Assembly (NCBI GenBank): GCA_964425195.1
Contig: CAYRLG010000009.1
Coordinates: 67,891 to 99,890, forward strand
DNA: 32,000 bases
Direction: 5' to 3'
Source: an uncultured Desulfobacterales bacterium
GTDB taxonomy: Bacteria; Desulfobacterota; Desulfobacteria; Desulfobacterales; Desulfobacteraceae
Shown here: piece by piece, positions 16,908-25,940 of the stretch
Layout of the letters: the number at the start of each line of letters is the position of its first letter
How positions within the stretch are numbered: the stretch's first letter is position 1
Translations under genes and position numbers: made by a program
The notes under the pieces: generated by a model
The model's input: the letters and a program-made list of their open reading frames with translations, nothing else
Database searches by the model: none
Told to the model about the DNA's origin: nothing

Positions 16908-17338
16908 TTGATCATATCTTCAGTGTTATTTTTAGAGTAAAGTCCCATTGCTCTTGATGGACATGTAACAATACAAAGTTCGCATACAGTACATTTATCT
17001 TTATCATAAACAACCTCCATCTCAGGTCGCTTTATAGATAATGCTCCAGTTGGGCAGACGGCAGTACAAGAACCACAATGGGTACATTTTGATAAATCTC
17101 TCCAAATCTCTTGTTCTGCTGAACTGACCCTAACCCCTTGATTTTTTAGATATTCAACTCCTTGTTTAAAGCTGTCTCTTGTGCCTGATATTTCTAATAC
17201 CATATAGCCATCTTTACGACTCGAAACTTTGGCATTAAGTATGTTAAATATGAGATCAAATTTTTTTGTAAGGTAGCAAACAACAGCTTTTTGAGCTACT
17301 TCCGGCGGAAAGTGCAGAATCAATATTTTTGAATACAA
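16904..17338 (-). CDS. NIL domain - 2x[4Fe-4S] ferredoxin fusion protein
   Basis: 144 aa. The N-terminal ~75 aa is NIL-like ('ILILHFPPEVAQKAVVCYLTKKFDLIFNILNAKV...GYMVLEISG...YLKNQGVRV'). The C-terminus carries 'CTHCGSCTAVCP' and 'CTVCELCIVTCP'. TTG start lies 6 nt after GGAGG. Confidence 0.8.
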   Translation of the reverse strand: MYSKILILHFPPEVAQKAVVCYLTKKFDLIFNILNAKVSSRKDGYMVLEISGTRDSFKQGVEYLKNQGVRVSSAEQEIWRDLSKCTHCGSCTAVCPTGALSIKRPEMEVVYDKDKCTVCELCIVTCPSRAMGLYSKNNTEDMIK

Positions 17339-17502
17339 GGTTTACCTCCATTGTTAATTTGTTGTTTTGAATATGCTTTTATTTTGATAGAGAAGCTAAT
17401 CTAAGAAATATTATAAACATGGTCAAGGTTAATCTTTATCGCTTTTTCTGTAATATACATATTAAGTTTGATTATAACATTTTTTTATAGAGAGTCAGAG
17501 TT

Positions 17503-19242
17503 ATGAAAATCTTTCTTGTAAACCCCGCATGTCTTGACGTTAGAATAACAGACGATGATGCTATGTCGGTTCCTATAGGGTTATATTACATTGGTGCAAC
17601 TATGTTGGAACAGGGATTTGATGTAGAGATTGTAAATCTTGCTCTATCTGATAAACCAGTAGATTATCTTGTCGAGCTTGTTGAGATTAAGAGAGTAAAT
17701 ATTATAGGATTTTCTGTGCTCAATGCAAATCGTCATTGTGCTATAGATGCTGCTGTTGCTGTAAAAAAGGTGAATCCGAATATCTCTATTATATTTGGAG
17801 GGGCTGCTCCCACTTTTATGCCTCAATATTTTTTCAAGGTATGTCCAGCATTAGATTATGTTGTAAAAGGTGAAGGAGAAGAGACATTTCTTGAGCTGGT
17901 ATCTCTTCTTTCTAAGAAATTGGATATTAGTAGTATAAAAGATTTAAAAGGTCTGATATTTCGTGAGAATAACTCTATTGTTGAAAATTCTGTCAGACCA
18001 TTAATATCTAACCTCAACTCTCTTGCTCATCCTGCTAAATACTTTAATTTTCAGCATATAGCACTTTCAAGAGGGTGTCCTGGTAGATGTACATTTTGTG
18101 GCTCTCCTGCTTTTTGGGGTAAAGGAAGAGTAAGGTTTCATTCTGCTAAATGGTTTGTTGATGAGATGGAATATCTTGTAAATAGAGGGGTTTTGCATTT
18201 TTTTATCTCTGATGACACCTTTACCATGAAAAGAGAGTTGATTATTGAGGTGTGTGAAGAGATTATTCTCAGATTTATCAAACGTGATATTAAAATCACA
18301 TGGGTAGCAATATCAAGAGTTGATTTTGTAGATGAAAATATGCTTTTTTTAATGCGCCAAGCAGGGTGTATTCAAATAAGTTTTGGAGTTGAAAGTGGTT
18401 CTGAAAAGATAAGAAAAGTTCTTGGTAAGCCCTTTAGGAACAATACAATTGTTAAAGCATTCAAATTGACAGTCTCCTTTGGTATTCTTCCAAGAGCCTA
18501 TTTTATATATGGCTCTCCTGGTGAGACTTATGAGAGTATTAACGCAAGTATTGAGTTAATTAAACAGATAGAGCCTTTAAGTATGGTAAGCTATATGTTG
18601 GTGATTTTTCCGGGGACAGCACTTTATAGAAATTACATAGATAGTATAGATATTGATAGTGATAGTGTTTGGGAGCGAAAAATTGAGGATATACCCTGGT
18701 TTGAGATAGATCTAAATCTTGATTTTGATCAGGTAAAAGGCTTTGGTAACTTATTGAGAAATGCCTTTTATTCAAATATCCACAATTTTGCATTAAACAT
18801 CAAACTTATAGATACTCCAGAGCTATACCCTTATCATGCAGATTTTCTCTCAAGGCTTGCAATGACATTTAGTCATGGTGATTATGCGACTAACTCAAGC
18901 GTACATAATGCAAAAGTGCTTCATCAAGATAGTACTGCTAAAATTCTTTATGAAAAGGCTCTTTCATACTATCCAGATTCACGTGCATATCTTGGATTTG
19001 CCATGTTGATGCAAAAAAAGAGAGAGTTTCAAAAGGCTTTGGAGATTATTAAAGATGCTTTTGAAAATATCCCAGAAATTAATTCTAACAAAATGTTATC
19101 TGTTAAACGCCAGCTTACACTTTGCATGGCTATAAACCTTATGAATATGGATAGATTTAAAGAGGCTCTTAGATATCTTGAGCCTCTAAGCCATTATGAT
19201 GATATTAAGCCTTATATTTATGCTTGTAAGTCAAGATTATAA
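17503..19242 (+). CDS. B12-binding-domain radical SAM protein with C-terminal TPR-like region
   Basis: 579 aa. N-terminal Rossmann/B12-like 'KIFLVNPA...VPIGLYYIGATMLEQGFDVEIVNL'. Radical-SAM motif 'SRGCPGRCTFCGSP'. C-terminal helical repeats ('ILYEKALSYYPDSRAYLGFAMLMQKKREFQKALEIIKDAF', 'RFKEALRYLEPL'). Confidence 0.85.
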   Translation: MKIFLVNPACLDVRITDDDAMSVPIGLYYIGATMLEQGFDVEIVNLALSDKPVDYLVELVEIKRVNIIGFSVLNANRHCAIDAAVAVKKVNPNISIIFGGAAPTFMPQYFFKVCPALDYVVKGEGEETFLELVSLLSKKLDISSIKDLKGLIFRENNSIVENSVRPLISNLNSLAHPAKYFNFQHIALSRGCPGRCTFCGSPAFWGKGRVRFHSAKWFVDEMEYLVNRGVLHFFISDDTFTMKRELIIEVCEEIILRFIKRDIKITWVAISRVDFVDENMLFLMRQAGCIQISFGVESGSEKIRKVLGKPFRNNTIVKAFKLTVSFGILPRAYFIYGSPGETYESINASIELIKQIEPLSMVSYMLVIFPGTALYRNYIDSIDIDSDSVWERKIEDIPWFEIDLNLDFDQVKGFGNLLRNAFYSNIHNFALNIKLIDTPELYPYHADFLSRLAMTFSHGDYATNSSVHNAKVLHQDSTAKILYEKALSYYPDSRAYLGFAMLMQKKREFQKALEIIKDAFENIPEINSNKMLSVKRQLTLCMAINLMNMDRFKEALRYLEPLSHYDDIKPYIYACKSRL

Positions 19243-19408
19243 ATATAAATTTAAGATGATTATAATATTTCATGCTATTGTCTTGACCGTTTTCCCTTGA
19301 AAAATAAATCAATTAATGTAAGCTATTAGAATTTGCAGATAAGTTTTGTCTGTAAATAACAGTGTATTTTTGTAAATAATTAATAACAGTTTTATGGGAA
19401 ATTATTTT

Positions 19409-20518
19409 ATGAACTGGGATTGGGATAAACTCCGTGATAAGCAGGAGCAGTACGAAAAAAGGCGTGGTAATGATGGGGGTATGGGAATACCAACGCCCCC
19501 TCAAATTGATGAAATAGTATCAAGATTTAAAAATTTTAAATTACCGGGTGGTTTATTGATAATTATTGTGCTTTTTTTTCTATTTTTTGGAAGCTCAATA
19601 TTTTTCACGGTAGATGTTGATGAGGTGGGTGTTGTCCAGAGGTTTGGGAAATATGACAGAATCTGTCAACCTGGTCTTAACTTTAAGTTTCCCTCAGGAG
19701 TTGAGAAGGTTACTAAGGTAAAAATAAAGAGGGTTTACAAAGAAGAGTTTGGCTTTACAAGCGGTCAAGAAGAGGGAACATTTTCAAGATTTACCGAAAA
19801 TACCGATATGGTATCTTCAATGCTTACAGGAGACTTGAATGTAGCTGTTGTTCCATGGATTGTACAGTACAGAATATCAGATCCATATAACTATCTTTTT
19901 AGAGTCAACAATGTCAACGCAATATTACGGGATATGGCAGAAGCTACTATGCGTACTGTTGTAGGTGATCGCAGCATTAATGAGGTTATCTCAAAACGTG
20001 AGGAGATTGCCATTGCTGCAAGAGAACTTCTCCAGACTGAAATGATAGAGGCCGAAACAGGGATACAAATAGTCACTATTGAGATGAAAAGAACTAACGT
20101 TCCTGAACCTGTACAGGCTTCATTTAACGAAGTTAATGAGGCTGTTCAAGAGAAAGAGCAGCTTGTTTATAAAGCAAGAGAGGAGTACAATAAGGCTATT
20201 CCTGCTGCTAAAGGAGAGGCTCAACGAATTATAAAAGATGCAGAGGGTTATGCTATTGATCGTGTTAATCGTGCAATGGGTGATGCAGCAAGATTTACAT
20301 CATTATATCAAGAGTATGTAAAAGCTAAAGATGTCACTGAGAAGAGGTTGTATTTAGAGGCAATGTCAGAGATTTTACCTAAACTTGGTAAAAAGTATCT
20401 TCTGGATTCTGGACAGAAAAATCTATTACCGCTTTTGAATATGGGAGACTCTTTGGGTCAATCATCAATAGTACCCGCAGTAAAAGATTTATTAAGAGGT
20501 GATGAGGTGTCAAAATGA
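19409..20518 (+). CDS. hflK: FtsH protease modulator HflK (SPFH/band-7)
   Basis: TM segment followed by 'FTVDVDEVGVVQRFGKYDRICQPGLNFKFP' and a long coiled C-terminus. Followed by hflC with an ATGA overlap. The start is ambiguous: ATG 19409 (MNWDWDK) or ATG 19394, and neither has a strong RBS. Confidence 0.85.
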   Translation: MNWDWDKLRDKQEQYEKRRGNDGGMGIPTPPQIDEIVSRFKNFKLPGGLLIIIVLFFLFFGSSIFFTVDVDEVGVVQRFGKYDRICQPGLNFKFPSGVEKVTKVKIKRVYKEEFGFTSGQEEGTFSRFTENTDMVSSMLTGDLNVAVVPWIVQYRISDPYNYLFRVNNVNAILRDMAEATMRTVVGDRSINEVISKREEIAIAARELLQTEMIEAETGIQIVTIEMKRTNVPEPVQASFNEVNEAVQEKEQLVYKAREEYNKAIPAAKGEAQRIIKDAEGYAIDRVNRAMGDAARFTSLYQEYVKAKDVTEKRLYLEAMSEILPKLGKKYLLDSGQKNLLPLLNMGDSLGQSSIVPAVKDLLRGDEVSK

Positions 20519-21528
20519 TCAAATACAAAGGAGTTATATATGGTGTACTCTTTTTTGTGGTTTTTATGCTCTTTACGTCAGCATATATTGTAGATGAGAC
20601 GGAACAGGTTGTTATTACTCAGTTTGGAAAAGTTGTGGGTGATGCTGTAACGACTCCCGGGCTTAATTTTAAAGTACCTTTTATTCAGAAGGCGACATAT
20701 TTCCCTAAAAATCTTCAGGAATGGGATGGAGATCCCGGACAGATACCTACAAAAGATAAAACCTTTATATGGGTTGATGCTTTTGCGCGTTGGAAAATTG
20801 TAGAACCTATCAAATACTTTCAAACTGTCAATAATATGACCAGTGCACAGAGCAGACTTGATGATATTATTGACCCTGCTGTAAGAAACTTTATTACTTC
20901 ATATAGACTTGTAGAAAGTGTTAGAAATAGCGATAGACCTATGGACACTTTTGAGTCTTTTACTGGATATGATAACTATGATTCAGACCAGTCGAATAGT
21001 GATACATTATCAGACTCTGAGATAGATACTAAAGACCCGCTTAAAACTCGTATATCTCAGTATAAAATTGAGGTTGGAAGAAGCGAGATAAATAGGAAAA
21101 TAATTGCTCAGGCTCAGCCCAAATTAGAGGCATTTGGTATTGAACTTGTTGATGTAAAGATCAAACGAGTTAACTATGTTGAGAAGGTTCGTGATGCTGT
21201 ATATGGTAGGATGATTGCGGAAAGAAAGCAGATTGCAGAAAAATTTCGTTCTGAAGGCAGAGGAGAGGCAAACAATATAAGAGGTGATAAAGAGAAAGAT
21301 TTGCAGCTTATAAAATCTCAGGCATATAAAACTGCTCAAGAGATCAAAGGGGCTGCAGATGCAAAGGCAACTGAGATATATGCCGCAGCTTATGGAATCG
21401 ATTCTAACTTTTATGAACTTATAAAAACTCTTGATGTATATAGAAATACACTTGACCAAAGTAGTACTCTGGTGCTTTCAACTGAATCTGATTTCATGAA
21501 GTATTTTAAAGGAATTAAGGGAGAGTAG
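20515..21528 (+). CDS. hflC: FtsH protease modulator HflC (SPFH/band-7)
   Basis: 337 aa. N-terminal TM followed by 'AYIVDETEQVVITQFGKVVGDAVTTPGLNFKVPFIQK'. Paired with hflK. Confidence 0.85.
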   Translation: MIKYKGVIYGVLFFVVFMLFTSAYIVDETEQVVITQFGKVVGDAVTTPGLNFKVPFIQKATYFPKNLQEWDGDPGQIPTKDKTFIWVDAFARWKIVEPIKYFQTVNNMTSAQSRLDDIIDPAVRNFITSYRLVESVRNSDRPMDTFESFTGYDNYDSDQSNSDTLSDSEIDTKDPLKTRISQYKIEVGRSEINRKIIAQAQPKLEAFGIELVDVKIKRVNYVEKVRDAVYGRMIAERKQIAEKFRSEGRGEANNIRGDKEKDLQLIKSQAYKTAQEIKGAADAKATEIYAAAYGIDSNFYELIKTLDVYRNTLDQSSTLVLSTESDFMKYFKGIKGE

Positions 21529-21570
21529 TTAGTGAATCTGTTCGATTAAATATTTAGCAAAAGTTTATAT

Positions 21571-21636
21571 AAAAAATAAAACCGCAACAGATATTGAATA
21601 AATATAGACATTCTGTTGCGGTGGTTATTCTTTTAT
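21571..21636. terminator. bidirectional terminator hairpin shared by hflC (+) and the bS22-like gene (-)
   Basis: Perfect 11-bp stem ACCGCAACAGA (21581-21591) / TCTGTTGCGGT (21612-21622) with a 20-nt loop. It is flanked by an A-run on the left, which reads as a T-run on the minus strand, and by TTATTCTTTTAT on the right. Confidence 0.6.
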
Positions 21637-21693
21637 AAATTTGTATTACAGAAAAGTGAACCGTGAGCTGATGATTTTATATCAGTTGTTTAA

Positions 21694-21786
21694 CTATTTA
21701 CGTCTTTGATGTCTTGTCTTTGCAAGGAGTTTTTTATGTTTATGCTTACGCATTTTTTTTCTTCTTTTTTTAATAACACTACCCAA
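21694..21786 (-). CDS. 30-aa highly basic bS22-like / AURKAIP1-COX24-type small protein (not in supplied ORF track)
   Basis: Hand translation of the minus strand gives TTG-GGT-AGT-GTT-ATT-AAA..., i.e. (M)GSVIKKRRKKMRKHKHKKLLAKTRHQRRK*, with the stop TAG at 21696-21694. GGAGGTGG (complement of 21791-21798) lies 7 nt upstream of the TTG. The sequence closely resembles my recollection of the actinobacterial ribosomal protein bS22 (MGSVIKKRRKRM..KKKHRKLL..TR.QRR). Confidence 0.8.
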   Translation of the reverse strand: MGSVIKKRRKKMRKHKHKKLLAKTRHQRRK

Positions 21787-21966
21787 AAGACCACCTCCTT
21801 TAATTTCCAAATGTTATATTAATGATTAATCAGCAACTTATATCATAAAGTTTTGTGGTATGTCCATTCTTTTTTCTTGTATAAACTACACACAATGCAC
21901 AAATAGAGACTATAATATTACTATAGTGCAGAGGGAATGTTTGAATACCAATTACAGGAGTAGTTT

Positions 21967-22503
21967 ATGAATGAAAAGATAACCTTTAACTTAGAACAGT
22001 TGCAATTACTTGATCAGGCTGTGTTAATTGCTGAAGAGTTAGTTAGTAACTATTACAAAATGTCATCAACTCAATGGCTACGCAGTAGATATGACATTAA
22101 AACATTTAAAGAGCTTAAGAAGGATGAGATAGTAGATGGTCCATTTGCTCAAGTTCTTGGTTATGAGGTCAGAAAGCGAGATAGTGCTCTTGGGTCTCGT
22201 ACAGCAAACTATTATACTGTCTGCTTTCAAGATTCTGCTATTTTAGATAAAATCAACCAAAATAGAGAGATTAAACTATTTCCTTTTCTTGTTTATATTA
22301 CAGTACACGAGTTGGTTCATATTGTTAGATTTTCAAAATTTGAGCAGATATACTCAGCAGCTTCAGAATCTCATTGTGCTATGGAAGAGGAGCGTAAAGT
22401 ACATACCATAACTGCTTCAATACTCAAGAGTGTTGCTATAGCTGGTATAGATAAGGTTCTTCTGTATTATAAAAAGTGGATTGATAGTAATACATTAAAT
22501 TAA
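21967..22503 (+). CDS. hypothetical protein with HExxH motif
   Basis: 178 aa. AGGAG RBS 7 nt upstream. 'FPFLVYITVHELVHIVRF' contains HELVH, and an acidic 'MEEER' lies ~25 residues downstream. I recognise no family. Confidence 0.6.
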   Translation: MNEKITFNLEQLQLLDQAVLIAEELVSNYYKMSSTQWLRSRYDIKTFKELKKDEIVDGPFAQVLGYEVRKRDSALGSRTANYYTVCFQDSAILDKINQNREIKLFPFLVYITVHELVHIVRFSKFEQIYSAASESHCAMEEERKVHTITASILKSVAIAGIDKVLLYYKKWIDSNTLN

Positions 22504-22574
22504 GACCATTCTGTACAAAGCAGTTGTAATAGCCTAATTACCACAAATACTTTTATAAATTTTTAATTTGCCAG

Positions 22575-22687
22575 CCTTGACAAGAACTAAAGCCTGTCTA
22601 TTATATCATTGTCTTTGTAACGAGCTTTTTTGAAATTAATAAATGCTTGACAAGAAGTAAAGACTGACTATTTTATCGTTGTTTTAA
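22575..22687 (+). promoter_or_regulatory. tandemly duplicated sigma-70-like promoter module upstream of the FmdB-type gene
   Basis: Two ~43-nt copies, 70 nt apart: gcCTTGACAAGAAcTAAAGcCTGtCTATTaTATCaTTGTcTTT (22575-) and tgCTTGACAAGAAgTAAAGaCTGaCTATTtTATCgTTGTtTT (22645-). Each has TTGACA (22577, 22647) and, 16 nt downstream, TATTAT or TATTTT. Confidence 0.5.
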
Positions 22688-22726
22688 TGGATGATGAAAC
22701 ATCAAAATATCGGAGAATAAAGTAAA

Positions 22727-23020
22727 ATGCCTATCTATGAGTATGAATGTACAGTTTGTGGAAATGTTGACGAAGCATTTCAGAAAATATCGGATGCTCC
22801 CTTAGAAAAATGTTCTAAGTGTGAGGGAAGACTCAATAAGATCGTTTCCCATAGTTCATTTCATTTAAAAGGCTCTGGCTGGTATGTGACTGATTATGGT
22901 GGATCAACTTCAAAAAGTAGTGATAAAGCCTCTCCGGAGAAAAGCAGCAGTACAAGCGACGCTCCATGCTCGAGTACATGCAGTCAATCCTGCTCGAGTA
23001 CCAATAATAAAACAGAATAG
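22727..23020 (+). CDS. FmdB-family zinc-ribbon protein
   Basis: 'MPIYEYECTVCGNVDEAFQKISDAPLEKCSKCEGRLNKIVS' is the CxxC-x(n)-CxxC FmdB/zinc-ribbon signature. It has a Ser/Thr/Cys-rich tail. GGAG RBS. Confidence 0.9.
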   Translation: MPIYEYECTVCGNVDEAFQKISDAPLEKCSKCEGRLNKIVSHSSFHLKGSGWYVTDYGGSTSKSSDKASPEKSSSTSDAPCSSTCSQSCSSTNNKTE

Positions 23021-23343
23021 TTTTTGCCCATCTCCATTTTAAGATATGGCTAAAATGTATTCATATATTCATATAATTTAAGTATTATTTATAGATTTAC
23101 CTTTAAAAAACGCATCCGGATGGAACGTAATTTTATGGCTGTTCTATAAAATTTGAACTATCTTTAAATTATATATAAATATAAGAATTATAGTAGGTTA
23201 TCAAGATATAGAGATGTAATGCAATTTGGATAATATTAATCATCTTGATATAGAACTTAGGATGGGGTTGAGCAAGAGTTATAATATTTAATAAAAGTAA
23301 ACAACAAATAACCATTAAATTATATTTAAGGAGAATTAAGATC

Positions 23344-23631
23344 ATGAGTTTAAGACCGTTACAGGATAGAATTGTAGTTGAGCGAGTTGAAGAGTTAAAA
23401 ACAACAAAAGCCGGAATTATTATTCCTGACACTGCAAAAGAGAAGCCTGCTGAAGGGAAAGTAATTGCAGTAGGAAAAGGTCGTGTTGGAGAAGATGGAA
23501 AAATTATCCCTATGGAGCTTAAAGTTGGTGATCGTGTTCTGTTTAGCAAATATGGCGGAACTGATGTTAAAATTGATGGTGTAGATTATCTTATAATGAG
23601 ACAAGATGATGTTCTTGGCGTGATTGAATAG
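23344..23631 (+). CDS. groES: co-chaperonin GroES
   Basis: 95 aa. '[42 protein letters not shown]...[34 protein letters not shown]'. Confidence 0.97.
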   Translation: MSLRPLQDRIVVERVEELKTTKAGIIIPDTAKEKPAEGKVIAVGKGRVGEDGKIIPMELKVGDRVLFSKYGGTDVKIDGVDYLIMRQDDVLGVIE

Positions 23632-23724
23632 CGTATTTAGTATATTTATATGTTAGATATAGAGAAAAAATAAGATATAGTTAGTTTAATATTTATTATC
23701 CAAATAATCCAAAATTATAATTTT

Positions 23725-25413
<1,689 letters not shown>

Positions 25414-25502
25414 CTCTTAAACTTATACAAATTAAGTTGATTAATAAATTGTTATAATAATATGTTATCTGTATATTCTAAGCTGATGATATGTAGATAG
25501 TT

Positions 25503-25546
25503 AAAAAAAACCCCCTGTTCAATTGTTTTTGTTCAGGGGGTTTTTT
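25503..25546 (+). terminator. rho-independent terminator after groEL
   Basis: An A8 run, then CCCCCTG (25511-25517) / CAGGGGG (25534-25540), followed by TTTTTT. Confidence 0.8.
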
Positions 25547-25618
25547 GCGTTCTATATTTTATGTGTTGTAATCTCCTTAAAGAGAGAGGTAAGCAGTTTT
25601 TAATTAAAATATAATTTA

Positions 25619-25647
25619 TTGACTGATTTGCTATAAATCTTTAAAAT
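25619..25647 (+). promoter_or_regulatory. sigma-70-like promoter candidate for the tol-pal cluster
   Basis: TTGACT (25619-25624) - 17 nt - TAAAAT (25642-25647). It would give a ~290-nt leader before tolQ. Confidence 0.35.
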
Positions 25648-25656
25648 AGCACAATA

Positions 25657-25688
25657 TAACTACTAATTTAAATAACTACTAATTTAAA
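25657..25688. repeat. perfect 16-bp tandem duplication upstream of tolQ
   Basis: TAACTACTAATTTAAA occurs at 25657-25672 and again at 25673-25688. Confidence 0.9.
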
Positions 25689-25771
25689 AAATTATTACTT
25701 GTGCATGTGAGACTTGACATGATTGCTGTGCTAATATAGCATCACCCTCCTTAAATAGTTATGGCATCGCA

Positions 25772-25813
25772 ATAAGCTTATTATTTAGAATAATTAGCTT
25801 ATTATTTAGAATA
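25772..25813. repeat. 21-bp tandem duplication (20/21 identical) upstream of tolQ
   Basis: ATAAGCTTATTATTTAGAATA (25772-25792) / ATTAGCTTATTATTTAGAATA (25793-25813). Confidence 0.9.
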
Positions 25814-25866
25814 TAGTTTTATATTATATTTATGATATAAGTTGTTTTTATTTCCTGTTTGAATTT

Positions 25867-25896
25867 AGGGCATCCACAGTGGATAGCGGGTGCCCT
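25867..25896 (+). promoter_or_regulatory. GC-rich nested palindrome/hairpin 45 nt upstream of the tolQ start
   Basis: Outer arms AGGGCATCC (25867-25875) / GGGTGCCCT (25888-25896) give 9 pairs including one T-G. They enclose a perfect 13-bp palindrome, ATCCACAGTGGAT (25872-25884). Confidence 0.35.
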
Positions 25897-25940
25897 TACT
25901 TGCTTATAAAAAGAGTTATTTTATATTTCCGGAGTTTTTT

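Noticed and set aside
23021-23343. Search for a CIRCE operator or an E. coli-type sigma-32 promoter upstream of groES
   Set aside because: No TTAGCACTC/GAGTGCTAA half-sites are present. CTTGATA at 23244 is followed at the right distance by GGGGTTGA, not CCCCAT. I therefore annotated no heat-shock promoter.
23169-23549. 126-aa minus-strand ORF overlapping groES and its upstream region; also 23730-24065 and 24838-25068 antisense to groEL
   Set aside because: They lie antisense to highly conserved chaperonin genes, start in AT-rich intergenic DNA without an SD, and have a nonsense-like composition.
25741-25753. ATCACCCTCCTTA, resembling the 3' end of 16S rRNA (anti-SD)
   Set aside because: It is an isolated 13-mer with no flanking rRNA-like sequence. 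On the minus strand the SD-like AAGGAGG is followed only by a 3-codon ORF. It is not an rRNA gene or a real coding start.
25762-25777. TGGCATCGCAATAAGC as a third sigma-54 promoter, upstream of tolQ
   Set aside because: The -12 element is AAGC rather than TTGC, and the GG-to-GC spacing is off by one. It does not meet the -24/-12 geometry.
25890-25940. GTG 25890 as the tolQ start (ORF-track call)
   Set aside because: The GTG lies inside the GC-rich palindrome and adds 'MPLLAYKKSYFIFPEFF', which is not TolQ-like. ATG 25941 has GGAG 6 nt upstream.
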